From Methanobrevibacter sp. (GTDB taxonomy: Archaea > Methanobacteriota > Methanobacteria > Methanobacteriales > Methanobacteriaceae), in NCBI GenBank assembly GCA_017434555.1, contig JAFRFB010000048.1, positions 11,488-75,487 of the forward strand: a stretch of 64,000 nucleotides of DNA, written 5' to 3'. The position numbers and the translations under genes were made by a program. Below are positions 51,893 through 60,852 of this stretch, piece after piece. How positions within the stretch are numbered: the first letter of the stretch is position 1; every line of letters starts with the position of its first letter. The notes under the pieces are model-generated. The model saw nothing but the letters and a program-made list of their open reading frames with translations, was not told where the DNA came from and did not search any database.

Positions 51893-52075
51893 ATGCACCC
51901 TAAAAATGATCATAATATTGTAAAAATATCAAGAAAAGATTATTCTTTTGAAGAAATTCTTTCAATGGACGTTTATAAAAGAGAGTACAGTGATGAAGAA
52001 ATCTTAAATAAGAATTTAGAACTAGCTAAACTGTTGGGACTTAATCTAAACGTTGAAACAATGGAACTATATTAA
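51893..52075 (+). CDS. Small hypothetical protein (60 aa)
   Basis: Intergenic ORF with AAGGAG RBS; internal repeat RKDYSFEEIL / KREYSDEEIL. Confidence 0.5.
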   Translation: MHPKNDHNIVKISRKDYSFEEILSMDVYKREYSDEEILNKNLELAKLLGLNLNVETMELY

Positions 52076-52100
52076 TATCCTAAAAAAAGAATGAAATACT

Positions 52101-53267
52101 TTAGAGTGTTTCATCTAAAGCTTTAACAAATTCATCTATTTCTTCTTTTTTAATAATTAATGGTGGAACTAATCTTAAAACTTTATCTGCAGTACAGTTG
52201 ATTAAAAATCCTTTTTCACGGAGTTTATCAACATATTTTGCTCCAGGTTCAGTTAATTCAATACCAACCATCAATCCGCAGCCTCTTACTTCTGCAATAA
52301 CATCATGATTTTCTTTGATTTTTTCCAGTTCGTCTTTTAGGTATTGTCCCATTTCTTTTGAATTGGATAATAAGTCATCATCAATAATAGCATCCAAAGT
52401 TGCATTGGCTGCTGCACAGACTAATGGACTTCCACCGAAAGTGGTTCCATGATCACCTGGTACAAATGCACTGGCCACTTCTTCTGTTGCAAGGATTCCT
52501 CCCATTGGGACTCCTCCACCAATTCCTTTAGCCATTGTCATTATGTCTGGTTTTACATCGAATAATTCGTGAGCAAATAAAGTTCCGCATCTTCCAAATC
52601 CTGTTTGCACTTCATCAACTATGAAAACGATATTGTTTTCCTTACAGATTTTGGAAATCTCTTTAAGGTAGTTGATATCAGGAATGTTAACTCCACCTTC
52701 ACCTTGGATTGGTTCTACAATAATGGCTGCTGTGTTTTCTGTAATTGCCTCTTTAATAGCTTCAATATCATTATATGGTACATTAATGAAGCCTTTTGGT
52801 AAAATTGATTTGAATGGTTCATGATAATGTTCATGACCAGTTGCTGCAAGAGTCATTATAGTTCTTCCGTGGAATGATTCGACTGTAGATATTACTTCGC
52901 TTTTTCCAGTATATTTAACAGCAAGCTTAATAGCTCCTTCATTTGCTTCAGCACCACTGTTTGCATAAAATATTCTGTCGAAGTTTGTTAGTTCAATTAA
53001 TTTTTTAGCATATATCAATGCAGGTTCGTTATAGTAAATACTTGAAATGTGAATGAGTTTTTCTGCCTGGTCCTGAATTGATTTTACAAGTTTTGGATGA
53101 TTGTGACCTAAAGCATTGACTGCAATACCTGCAAACATGTCAATATATTCATTTCCATCTTTATCCCATACTTTAACCCCTTCACCATGATCAAGTACGA
53201 TTGGTTGGCGAGTAAAAGTATTGATAAAATAATTATCTTCAATCTCAATAAGTTCTTTCGTATTCAT
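52101..53267 (-). CDS. argD: Acetylornithine aminotransferase (class III PLP)
   Basis: NSGAEANE, SFHGRT, EPIQGEGG, DEVQTG and AKGIGGG. Start at ATG 53267. Confidence 0.92.
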   Translation of the reverse strand: MNTKELIEIEDNYFINTFTRQPIVLDHGEGVKVWDKDGNEYIDMFAGIAVNALGHNHPKLVKSIQDQAEKLIHISSIYYNEPALIYAKKLIELTNFDRIFYANSGAEANEGAIKLAVKYTGKSEVISTVESFHGRTIMTLAATGHEHYHEPFKSILPKGFINVPYNDIEAIKEAITENTAAIIVEPIQGEGGVNIPDINYLKEISKICKENNIVFIVDEVQTGFGRCGTLFAHELFDVKPDIMTMAKGIGGGVPMGGILATEEVASAFVPGDHGTTFGGSPLVCAAANATLDAIIDDDLLSNSKEMGQYLKDELEKIKENHDVIAEVRGCGLMVGIELTEPGAKYVDKLREKGFLINCTADKVLRLVPPLIIKKEEIDEFVKALDETL

Positions 53268-53347
53268 ATATAAAAACTCCATAAAGTATTTATCAAATAA
53301 TACTTATATTAATGATAATATTTATATATTTTATAAAAGGTGATTAA

Positions 53348-53779
53348 ATGAAAGTCGCAACAATAGAAACTGATAAAGGAAATATTGAATTAGAATTATT
53401 CCCAAACGAAGCTCCAGGTACTGTAGCTAACTTTGAAAAATTAGCAAACAGCGGATTTTATGATGGATTAACATTCCACAGAGTTATCCCTGACTTTGTA
53501 ATTCAAGGAGGATGTCCTGTTGGAAATGGAACCGGAGGCCCAGGTTACACCATTAAATGTGAAACTGAAGGAAACCCACACAAACATGGTACAGGTGCTT
53601 TATCAATGGCACATGCAGGTAAAGATACTGGTGGAAGTCAATTCTTTATTACTCACTCACCACAACCTCACTTGGATGGAGTGCACACAGTATTTGGTCA
53701 AGTAATCAAAGGCCAGGATGTTGTAAATGCAATCCAACAAGGAGACAAAATGAATAAAGTTTATGTTGAAGAAAGATAG
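53348..53779 (+). CDS. ppiA: Cyclophilin-type peptidyl-prolyl isomerase
   Basis: [20 protein letters not shown] and GSQFFITH. Confidence 0.95.
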   Translation: MKVATIETDKGNIELELFPNEAPGTVANFEKLANSGFYDGLTFHRVIPDFVIQGGCPVGNGTGGPGYTIKCETEGNPHKHGTGALSMAHAGKDTGGSQFFITHSPQPHLDGVHTVFGQVIKGQDVVNAIQQGDKMNKVYVEER

Positions 53780-53798
53780 TTACCCAAACTATCTTTTT
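53772..53798 (+). terminator. Hairpin containing the ppiA stop
   Basis: AAAGATAGTT-ACCCA-AACTATCTTT. Confidence 0.6.
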
Positions 53799-54023
53799 AC
53801 ATTATTAAACTCACAAATCATAATTATCCTCACAAAAAATTATTTTTATATTAAATAGTGTTTTAAGCTCATAATATTGTATAAAGCAGTATAAAAAAAG
53901 TTATTTAAATAAATTAAAAAGTAATCAAACACTATTTGAAAAAAGTTTGTTGAAATTGCTCTGCTCTAAATGTCTGATTTCAAATATGTTTACAGTTGGA
54001 AATACTTAAAAATTAACAGCAAT

Positions 54024-55394
54024 TATAGTTAATTACCAAACTTTTGGTATATATGTTTCAAACCATTTGTCATAAACTTTTGTATCTAAAATCGATTCTT
54101 CATAGGTTTTTATAGTTAATTCATGTAAAATTCTTTTGATTCAAGGTAATAATGTTTTATTTCTCTTTTCATTTGTCTCCAAATTTGTTCAATTGGATTT
54201 AAGTGAGGAGAGTATGGTGGAAGATATATTAAAGTAATATTAAGATGCAGCGCTATTTTTTGATGAATGCGGATTTGTGAACGCTATAATTATCGAGAAT
54301 TAAACATAACCTTTGTTCAGTTTGCATTTTTGTTATCATATCTTCTTTTGTTAATAGATTTAATGTTATTTTTCTTCTTATTTCTCTTCTTTTTTTAACA
54401 TTGTTTAGTGATTCTCGATTGCAGTGTTTTCCGATTATTCTGGCGATTGTTGAGGTTGTATTGTCTTTGTATTTTTCTAGTGTTTTTAAAATTTTTTCTG
54501 CGAAAACTTCATTATTTTCATTATTTTCCATCAATAATTCGTCTATTTCTTCATCTGTTAGATTTACTTCTTGTAGTATATTGTTTAATATTTTTATTGT
54601 GTTTTTGTTTTTTGTGTTTGCGCATCTTAGTTCTAGTAGTGCTATTGCAATTTCTGGAGCGGTTGAGGAATTTGTTATTGTGATGGTTGAGTTTCCATTT
54701 ATTGTTAATGATCCTGTGGCGTTGATTTTAATTTGTATGGGTTTACGATTTGTGTATGTTTTGTTCCTCTTTTATATAGTGATTTTTGTGTATATGGTTC
54801 ATTTTGGAATGATGCTTCGTCAAATAAGACTATAATATCGTTTGTTGTTACATTGTGTTCTTTTAAGTTTTTTTAACTGTTCTTCAGCATCTTCTGGTGA
54901 TTTTGAAAATTTTGGATATGCTTTACTGTAATTGTATCCTAATTTTTTCACAATTTTTCCTATTTGCTTTAAACTATAATCTACATTGAATTTATCATTA
55001 ACAAGCAAATGTACATCTTTCATTGACATATTAGGTCTTTCATCTATGATTTTATCTAATTCAATTAGTTGATCATAAGTTAATTTTGATGGCCTTCCAC
55101 CACCAAAAGATGGTTTTAAACCTTCTAATCCTTCGGCTTCGCAGGTTTTTGCCCATCTATGAACTGTTTGGTATGATTTTCCTATTATTCTTGCAGCTTC
55201 TGCAATGGAATGTCCTTCGCTAATGATTCTAATTGCAATTAACCTTTGATAATACCTATGGTAAGCCACGTACTTTGCGATTTCTTCATCCAGAGTTGTT
55301 TTGTTAACTTTATTTAAAACTTCAATTGTAGATTTTCCTGACATAATTTATTATTTGTCATTCATCTATAATAAAAGTTTGGTAACTAACTATA
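54024..55394 (-). mobile_element. IS630-family insertion sequence with TIRs and TA target duplication
   Basis: Left TATAGTTAATTACCAAACTTTT (54024-54045) and right AAAAGTTTGGTAACTAACTATA (55373-55394) are inverted with 21/22 identity; TA at both outer ends. Confidence 0.92.
54033..55344 (-). pseudogene. IS630 transposase, frameshifted as sequenced
   Basis: HTH ORF at 54820-55344. Downstream frames give FDEASF, LILDNYSVH and LPPYSPHLNPIEQIW; shifts are needed at about 54870, 54730, 54258 and 54128. Confidence 0.88.
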
Positions 55395-55445
55395 TTATAA
55401 AAAACAAATATTTTAACTCAGTTACAACAAAAAAATTAAAAAAAT

Positions 55446-55464
55446 AGGGAAAATTAATTTCCCT
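55446..55464 (-). terminator. Hairpin plus T-tract downstream of the 1778-aa gene
   Basis: AGGGAAA-ATTAA-TTTCCCT followed by long T-runs on the minus strand. Confidence 0.55.
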
Positions 55465-55476
55465 TATATTCAAATA

Positions 55477-58400
55477 CTATTTTATTATATCTTTAACCAG
55501 ATTAATTGAAGCTTTAACCAAATTATCAAAAATCTTTTTTACACCAATTTCCTGAATATCTTGACCAGACATATGCTGATCTGCTATAGGATTGACTGAA
55601 TTTTTAATTATAAGTGTTAAACCCTCACCATACGCTACAGCAGAGACACCATCATTGATACCTTTTAAAAGTCTGGAAGCAAACTGACTGTAGTCATGGT
55701 TATCGACTGAATAGGTTATTGCATTGACTAAACCTCCAACACTACCGACAATAGTACCTACAAGCATGTTGATAAAATGAGCTGCCTGTATTCCAGCATA
55801 TGAAATTCCGCTGCTGATACCTGCAGTAATTAATGTAACACCTAAAGTAATACTTGTTTCAATTAAATCCTGCTGCCATGCCGGTCTTGGGAAATGGTCG
55901 GACACGCTAGGATACGATTTAACTGAGATTATTGATGCTGAAGATTCCTGATTATAAACATCCACATTGCTTTTGGCGCTGTATCCCTTATTATTAAAGA
56001 AGTCACTTATAACAATAGTTAAACTACCCTTATTATTATAAATTGCTCCGGCATACTTTGCATAGTTATCAGCAAATGTAGAATTATAGATAAGAACTGA
56101 ACCTTCGTTAACAATAGCTCCACCGTAATCCTTTTTCGAATTATAATCAACCTTATTATTATTCATATGAGAATTGAAAATACAGACCGTACCCTTATTT
56201 TCTATTGCAATATTGAATCCCTGAATTGTTAAATTGTTAATGAAAACAGAAGATCGTTTTTTCGTTACTAAAAATCTAGTCTCATCATTGTCATTTTGAT
56301 TTTGAACAAATATTTTAGCACCGTTACCGTTTAAAATAAAATTACCATAATCAAAATCAAACAATATTTGTGAATTAGGAAGTACATTGTATTGCTTGTT
56401 TACAAAGGATACATTGATAACGTCATATTCAGTGTTGTCTTTAACTATTTTAGATAATATATATAAATCAACCAGATTCTCTACAACAATATTATAAATA
56501 GTTTCATTAAGGCTTTCTCTATATAAGACCAAAGCTCCATTTTTAGTAATGATATTGGATTTACTAAGTCCATTGCATTTGATTACTTTAACCATAGCAT
56601 TATCATCCAAATATATTGGATTGTCATTAGAATTATACCAGACCAAATTGGATAATCTAGTATTGCCGCTGAATGAACAGTTATAAAAGTGAGCAATTGA
56701 AGAATCACCCTTACCGCAATATGCTCCACCATATGAAGCACGGTTATTGGTGAATGTTGTATTGTAAACATATACTGAGTCATAATTTCTTATTGCACCA
56801 CCAAATTCAGTTTCAGCATTTTGATAGAAATAGTGTATCCTGTTATCCTTAAATGTACAGTTAATAATAATTAACTTACCGTAATTGAGAATAGCATTGT
56901 TGAAACCGGATATGGTCAAGTTGATTAATGTCAATGATCCATATTTAGGAACGAAAGCGAAATGATTGTCATCACTGTCTGAACTACCGGACAATTTGAT
57001 TTCAGCACCATTACCGTTTATAACAACCGGTCTGCTTCCTATGTCAAATAAGAAACCATGATGGACATAAGTATTGTCCTTTTTGCCGGGAGTTGAGGCA
57101 AAGTTTCCTAAAGAATTGAAAGTACGGAAATCATTTTTGAAGGCAATATTTTTATAATCAGATAACGAGATATCATAAGTTTTTTTCTCCAAATTAAAAA
57201 TAAATGAAGAACTATTTGATTTATAAATACTTTCTCTGTTATCGGTTGCTAATTTAAATACATCACTATAATTATATGTGGCTGTAGCATTCTTATTAAA
57301 AGATGCATATGGCCTATAATCCAGGCATGAACCTGTCTCAAAATTATTGTTTGCATCTTTTTTGAGTTTATTGAAGTTATCTTTAGTATTATCATAAAGA
57401 ACGACCATACTTCCATCTACAGCATGTATTGTATCATAATCTGTCTTGAAGTTACATTGGACAAAATTTGTTAAGGAATTCTGTTCAGCATATAAAACTG
57501 ATGCCTGTAAATCCGCCTGATAGATATAAATTGATGCCCCATGTTTATTTTCATTATGATCGAAAACACAATTGACAAAAGTAGCTGTCATTTTATTATA
57601 AATAACAGTTCCTTTAGTTGAAGTTGCCCAGAATGATGCATCATTTTTAACAAAATTGACATTATTACAGTAGACTTCACCATTATTTACAAAGATACGC
57701 TTAAATCGAGTGAAAGTAAGGTTATTTATGGAAATCTTTGTGTCTTTTTCCAAGGTAATAAAACCGTTTTTATACTCATCATCAATTGTAGCACCATTAC
57801 CGTTAATATATAAAGCACCATGAGTTAAATGAATATAATAACTCCATTCCTGATCTTTATAAAAACCGCTGGAAAGTTTATAATTGTTATTTTTAAGGTT
57901 GATTATTATAATATCTGCTTTGAAATCGTTTCCAGATATTTTCTTAAGAACCTTTTCAAATTCAGCATTATTTGAAACTGTAACATTATAGATAATGCTG
58001 GATTCATTATTTGGGAATATATAACGATAAGTATCTTCTGCTAATTTACTATAAATCACATTATTGTTTTTAGTGAAAGTTTCATTGTTATAAATTGGTA
58101 TTAAAGAACCATAACTGGTTTTATTTAAATCCAGAGGATTTTGAGAATATTTGTTAAGAACTTTAATATTGACAGTATAAACTGTCTTAGAGTCATGCAA
58201 CACATTTACTGTATAATCGCCTGCTTTAACATTTAATTGACAATATGCAATATTATCAGTAATATTTGCTATAAAAGAGTAACTTCCAATTTTAAATGTA
58301 ACACTACCATTCTTTAATTTTTCTGATGCAAATTTAACTGCAAAAATGTCACTGATGTTATATGTGGCATTTCTTGAAACTATTTTAAGTTGATTAATGA

Positions 58401-60813
58401 AAGATTCACCAGTAACCTTATTGATAGATTTTACTGTGTAAATTCCTGGCTGTAAATTATTTATAGAATTTAGCTCAGCAACACCATTTTCTAAAACTTT
58501 AGATTTATATTCAACATTATTAATTTCAAAAGCAACATCACTACCATTTTTAAGATAATTACCATTTGAATCTTTAAATACTGCAGTGAAAGTTTTATTG
58601 TCGCCCTGTACTTTAGTCATGTTTTTTCCATAAACACTGATTTTTCCAACAGCCACAGTATATGTTAAACTTTGAGAATCTGCAGTAGCAGTAATCTTAT
58701 GAGTACCCTCTTCATTAGGAACATATATGATTTCTAATGAATTACCAACAATATTTCTAGTTGTAAAATTACCTTTTTTATCAGAAGAAAATTTGATTGT
58801 GCCGAATTCATAATTACTTATTCCTGATGTGAAAGTGATTTTTATGGAAGCTTCAGCTCCAACATAAGCTTTTGAAACACCGGAAATGCTGATTTTGTTT
58901 GGATTGCCGTCAGAATGTTTTTCATTACGGCCAATTGTATGATATTCCATTAATTTTTCATTGTCAAATGAAGGAGAATTAGTACCCCACCAGTTTTGAC
59001 TAATTGAGGAGTAAGATCCACTGTTGAAAACATCTTTTCCCTGTCCTGAAGCATCATTGGATAGAAATACATTATTATTTATGGATAATGAAGTGGATTT
59101 TGAATCTGTGTAAATAGCTCCACCACGTCCATCAGTAGCTTTATTGGAACTGAAATAGGTATTTGTAATAGAAATTGTACATTTATTGTTGACATAGATT
59201 GCTCCACCCTCTTTAGCATGGTTGGATATGAATACTGAATTTTTAATGCTGTCAATCGTATTCGTATAGATTGCTCCGCCTAAATTTTCAGCCCAGTTAT
59301 CAATGAATGTACAGTTATCAACAGTTAGCTTATTGCAGCATCTGACTGCTCCACCGTAACGTTTTTCCTTACCGCCATTAGCAAAATTATTTTTGAATGT
59401 TGAATTAATTAAGATAATATTGGTTGATCCACTGTCACTGTAAATAGCTCCACCGTCACCAGCTGTAGCGGAGTTACCTGTAAATGTAGAATTGATGAAA
59501 AATACATTACCGGACTTTTTATTTATATAAATAGCTCCACCAAAATCTTTTGTAACTTTGTTTCCATAAAAATTAATGTTACATACATTATTTGAAATGA
59601 AATCTGTATATACTGCACCACCATGGTCTTTAGCAGTATTATTTATGAAAAATACGTTTTGACCAAATTGAATATAATTAGTTAAAATTGCTCCGCCTTT
59701 AGCATCTGCCGTATTTCTTAAAAATGTTGAATTTTCAATATGTGTCCATTTAGATGAATAGATAGCTCCACCGCCAAAAGATTTAGCAGTGTTATCTGTG
59801 AAAATTGAAGTTGAAATAACAACATTTGAACTATCTGCATAAATAGCTCCCCCTTTATTGGCCGTATTTTTAGTGAAAGAAGAATTTTTAACTATAACAT
59901 CCGTGTATGAAAAAATTGCACCACCAAAATCACCGGCAACATTATTTGAAAAGAGACAATTTTCAGCAATCACAGCACCATATGAACGTACTGCTCCACC
60001 GTATGATGTATGTTTTACATCTCGCTTAGATAAGTGATTAGAAATAAACTTTGTATTAATTAATTCAGTTAGTTCTTCACAACAAATTGCACCACCATCC
60101 ACTGAAGCCTTATTACCTTCAAAAAATGAATTTTCAATGATTAACTTTCCTCTAGAAAAAATTGCACCACCATCATCATTAGAAGCGGAATTGTTAATAA
60201 ATTTAGAATTTTTAATAGTAAGCGAATTTTCTTTCACACCATTATAAATTGCACCACCATCAAAATTTGCCTTATTATTAATGAAAGTACAATTATTTAT
60301 TGTGCACGCAGCAGAATCTTTAATATATATTGTCCCAAAACCTAATAAATCATTATTATTATTTTTTATTATTAAATTTTCTAAAGTAATTTTTCCATTT
60401 GTTAATTTAAATAGAAAAGTATTTTTTAAATTAGCACAGTCAATTGTATGTCCCTGTCCGTCAATTGTCAAACTTTTATCAATTGATATTCCGGAATCTC
60501 CACTTCCTGAATAATCTTGATTTAATTTTATAACAGCACCATTTGAAGCCTTATTAATTTGGTCCTGAAGTTGACTTAAAGAACCAGCTGCACTAAGATT
60601 ATCCTCATTTGAAATAGCGGATTGGATATTATAATTTGAAATAGCGGATTGGATATTATAATTTGAAATAGCGGATTGGATATTATAATTTGAAATAGCT
60701 GTAAAATCATTATCCTGTGATTGTGTATCATTTAACTCAATAGCACTGACACTAGAAATTGAGCATAAAACAAATAATATAACCAATCCAATTAAAACAT
60801 TTTTTAACTTCAT
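55477..60813 (-). CDS. Giant adhesin-like protein with Pmp-type GGAI repeats and a hydrophobic helical C-terminus
   Basis: Signal peptide, more than 10 FxxNxA..GGAI repeats, NWWGTN, three INGNGA modules and a Gly/Ala/Ser-rich apolar tail. Confidence 0.85.
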   Translation of the reverse strand: MKLKNVLIGLVILFVLCSISSVSAIELNDTQSQDNDFTAISNYNIQSAISNYNIQSAISNYNIQSAISNEDNLSAAGSLSQLQDQINKASNGAVIKLNQDYSGSGDSGISIDKSLTIDGQGHTIDCANLKNTFLFKLTNGKITLENLIIKNNNNDLLGFGTIYIKDSAACTINNCTFINNKANFDGGAIYNGVKENSLTIKNSKFINNSASNDDGGAIFSRGKLIIENSFFEGNKASVDGGAICCEELTELINTKFISNHLSKRDVKHTSYGGAVRSYGAVIAENCLFSNNVAGDFGGAIFSYTDVIVKNSSFTKNTANKGGAIYADSSNVVISTSIFTDNTAKSFGGGAIYSSKWTHIENSTFLRNTADAKGGAILTNYIQFGQNVFFINNTAKDHGGAVYTDFISNNVCNINFYGNKVTKDFGGAIYINKKSGNVFFINSTFTGNSATAGDGGAIYSDSGSTNIILINSTFKNNFANGGKEKRYGGAVRCCNKLTVDNCTFIDNWAENLGGAIYTNTIDSIKNSVFISNHAKEGGAIYVNNKCTISITNTYFSSNKATDGRGGAIYTDSKSTSLSINNNVFLSNDASGQGKDVFNSGSYSSISQNWWGTNSPSFDNEKLMEYHTIGRNEKHSDGNPNKISISGVSKAYVGAEASIKITFTSGISNYEFGTIKFSSDKKGNFTTRNIVGNSLEIIYVPNEEGTHKITATADSQSLTYTVAVGKISVYGKNMTKVQGDNKTFTAVFKDSNGNYLKNGSDVAFEINNVEYKSKVLENGVAELNSINNLQPGIYTVKSINKVTGESFINQLKIVSRNATYNISDIFAVKFASEKLKNGSVTFKIGSYSFIANITDNIAYCQLNVKAGDYTVNVLHDSKTVYTVNIKVLNKYSQNPLDLNKTSYGSLIPIYNNETFTKNNNVIYSKLAEDTYRYIFPNNESSIIYNVTVSNNAEFEKVLKKISGNDFKADIIIINLKNNNYKLSSGFYKDQEWSYYIHLTHGALYINGNGATIDDEYKNGFITLEKDTKISINNLTFTRFKRIFVNNGEVYCNNVNFVKNDASFWATSTKGTVIYNKMTATFVNCVFDHNENKHGASIYIYQADLQASVLYAEQNSLTNFVQCNFKTDYDTIHAVDGSMVVLYDNTKDNFNKLKKDANNNFETGSCLDYRPYASFNKNATATYNYSDVFKLATDNRESIYKSNSSSFIFNLEKKTYDISLSDYKNIAFKNDFRTFNSLGNFASTPGKKDNTYVHHGFLFDIGSRPVVINGNGAEIKLSGSSDSDDNHFAFVPKYGSLTLINLTISGFNNAILNYGKLIIINCTFKDNRIHYFYQNAETEFGGAIRNYDSVYVYNTTFTNNRASYGGAYCGKGDSSIAHFYNCSFSGNTRLSNLVWYNSNDNPIYLDDNAMVKVIKCNGLSKSNIITKNGALVLYRESLNETIYNIVVENLVDLYILSKIVKDNTEYDVINVSFVNKQYNVLPNSQILFDFDYGNFILNGNGAKIFVQNQNDNDETRFLVTKKRSSVFINNLTIQGFNIAIENKGTVCIFNSHMNNNKVDYNSKKDYGGAIVNEGSVLIYNSTFADNYAKYAGAIYNNKGSLTIVISDFFNNKGYSAKSNVDVYNQESSASIISVKSYPSVSDHFPRPAWQQDLIETSITLGVTLITAGISSGISYAGIQAAHFINMLVGTIVGSVGGLVNAITYSVDNHDYSQFASRLLKGINDGVSAVAYGEGLTLIIKNSVNPIADQHMSGQDIQEIGVKKIFDNLVKASINLVKDIIK
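60607..60699. repeat. 27-bp tandem repeat, 3.4 copies (encodes SAISNYNIQ)
   Basis: ATTTGAAATAGCGGATTGGATATTATA at 60607, 60634 and 60661, with a partial copy at 60688. Confidence 0.95.
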
Positions 60814-60852
60814 TTTAATCCCATTTTAATAATTTTTTTATTAATCGACCCC

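Noticed and set aside
874-53282. Longer N-termini given by the ORF track (874-1272, 5562-6194, 8285, 18775, 28688, 28745, 33152, 51331, 53282)
   Set aside because: Extensions run through AT-rich promoter DNA or into neighbouring genes; downstream starts have clear RBSs and match family starts.
60607-60699. Possible CRISPR array
   Set aside because: Head-to-tail repeats with no spacers, in frame within a CDS.
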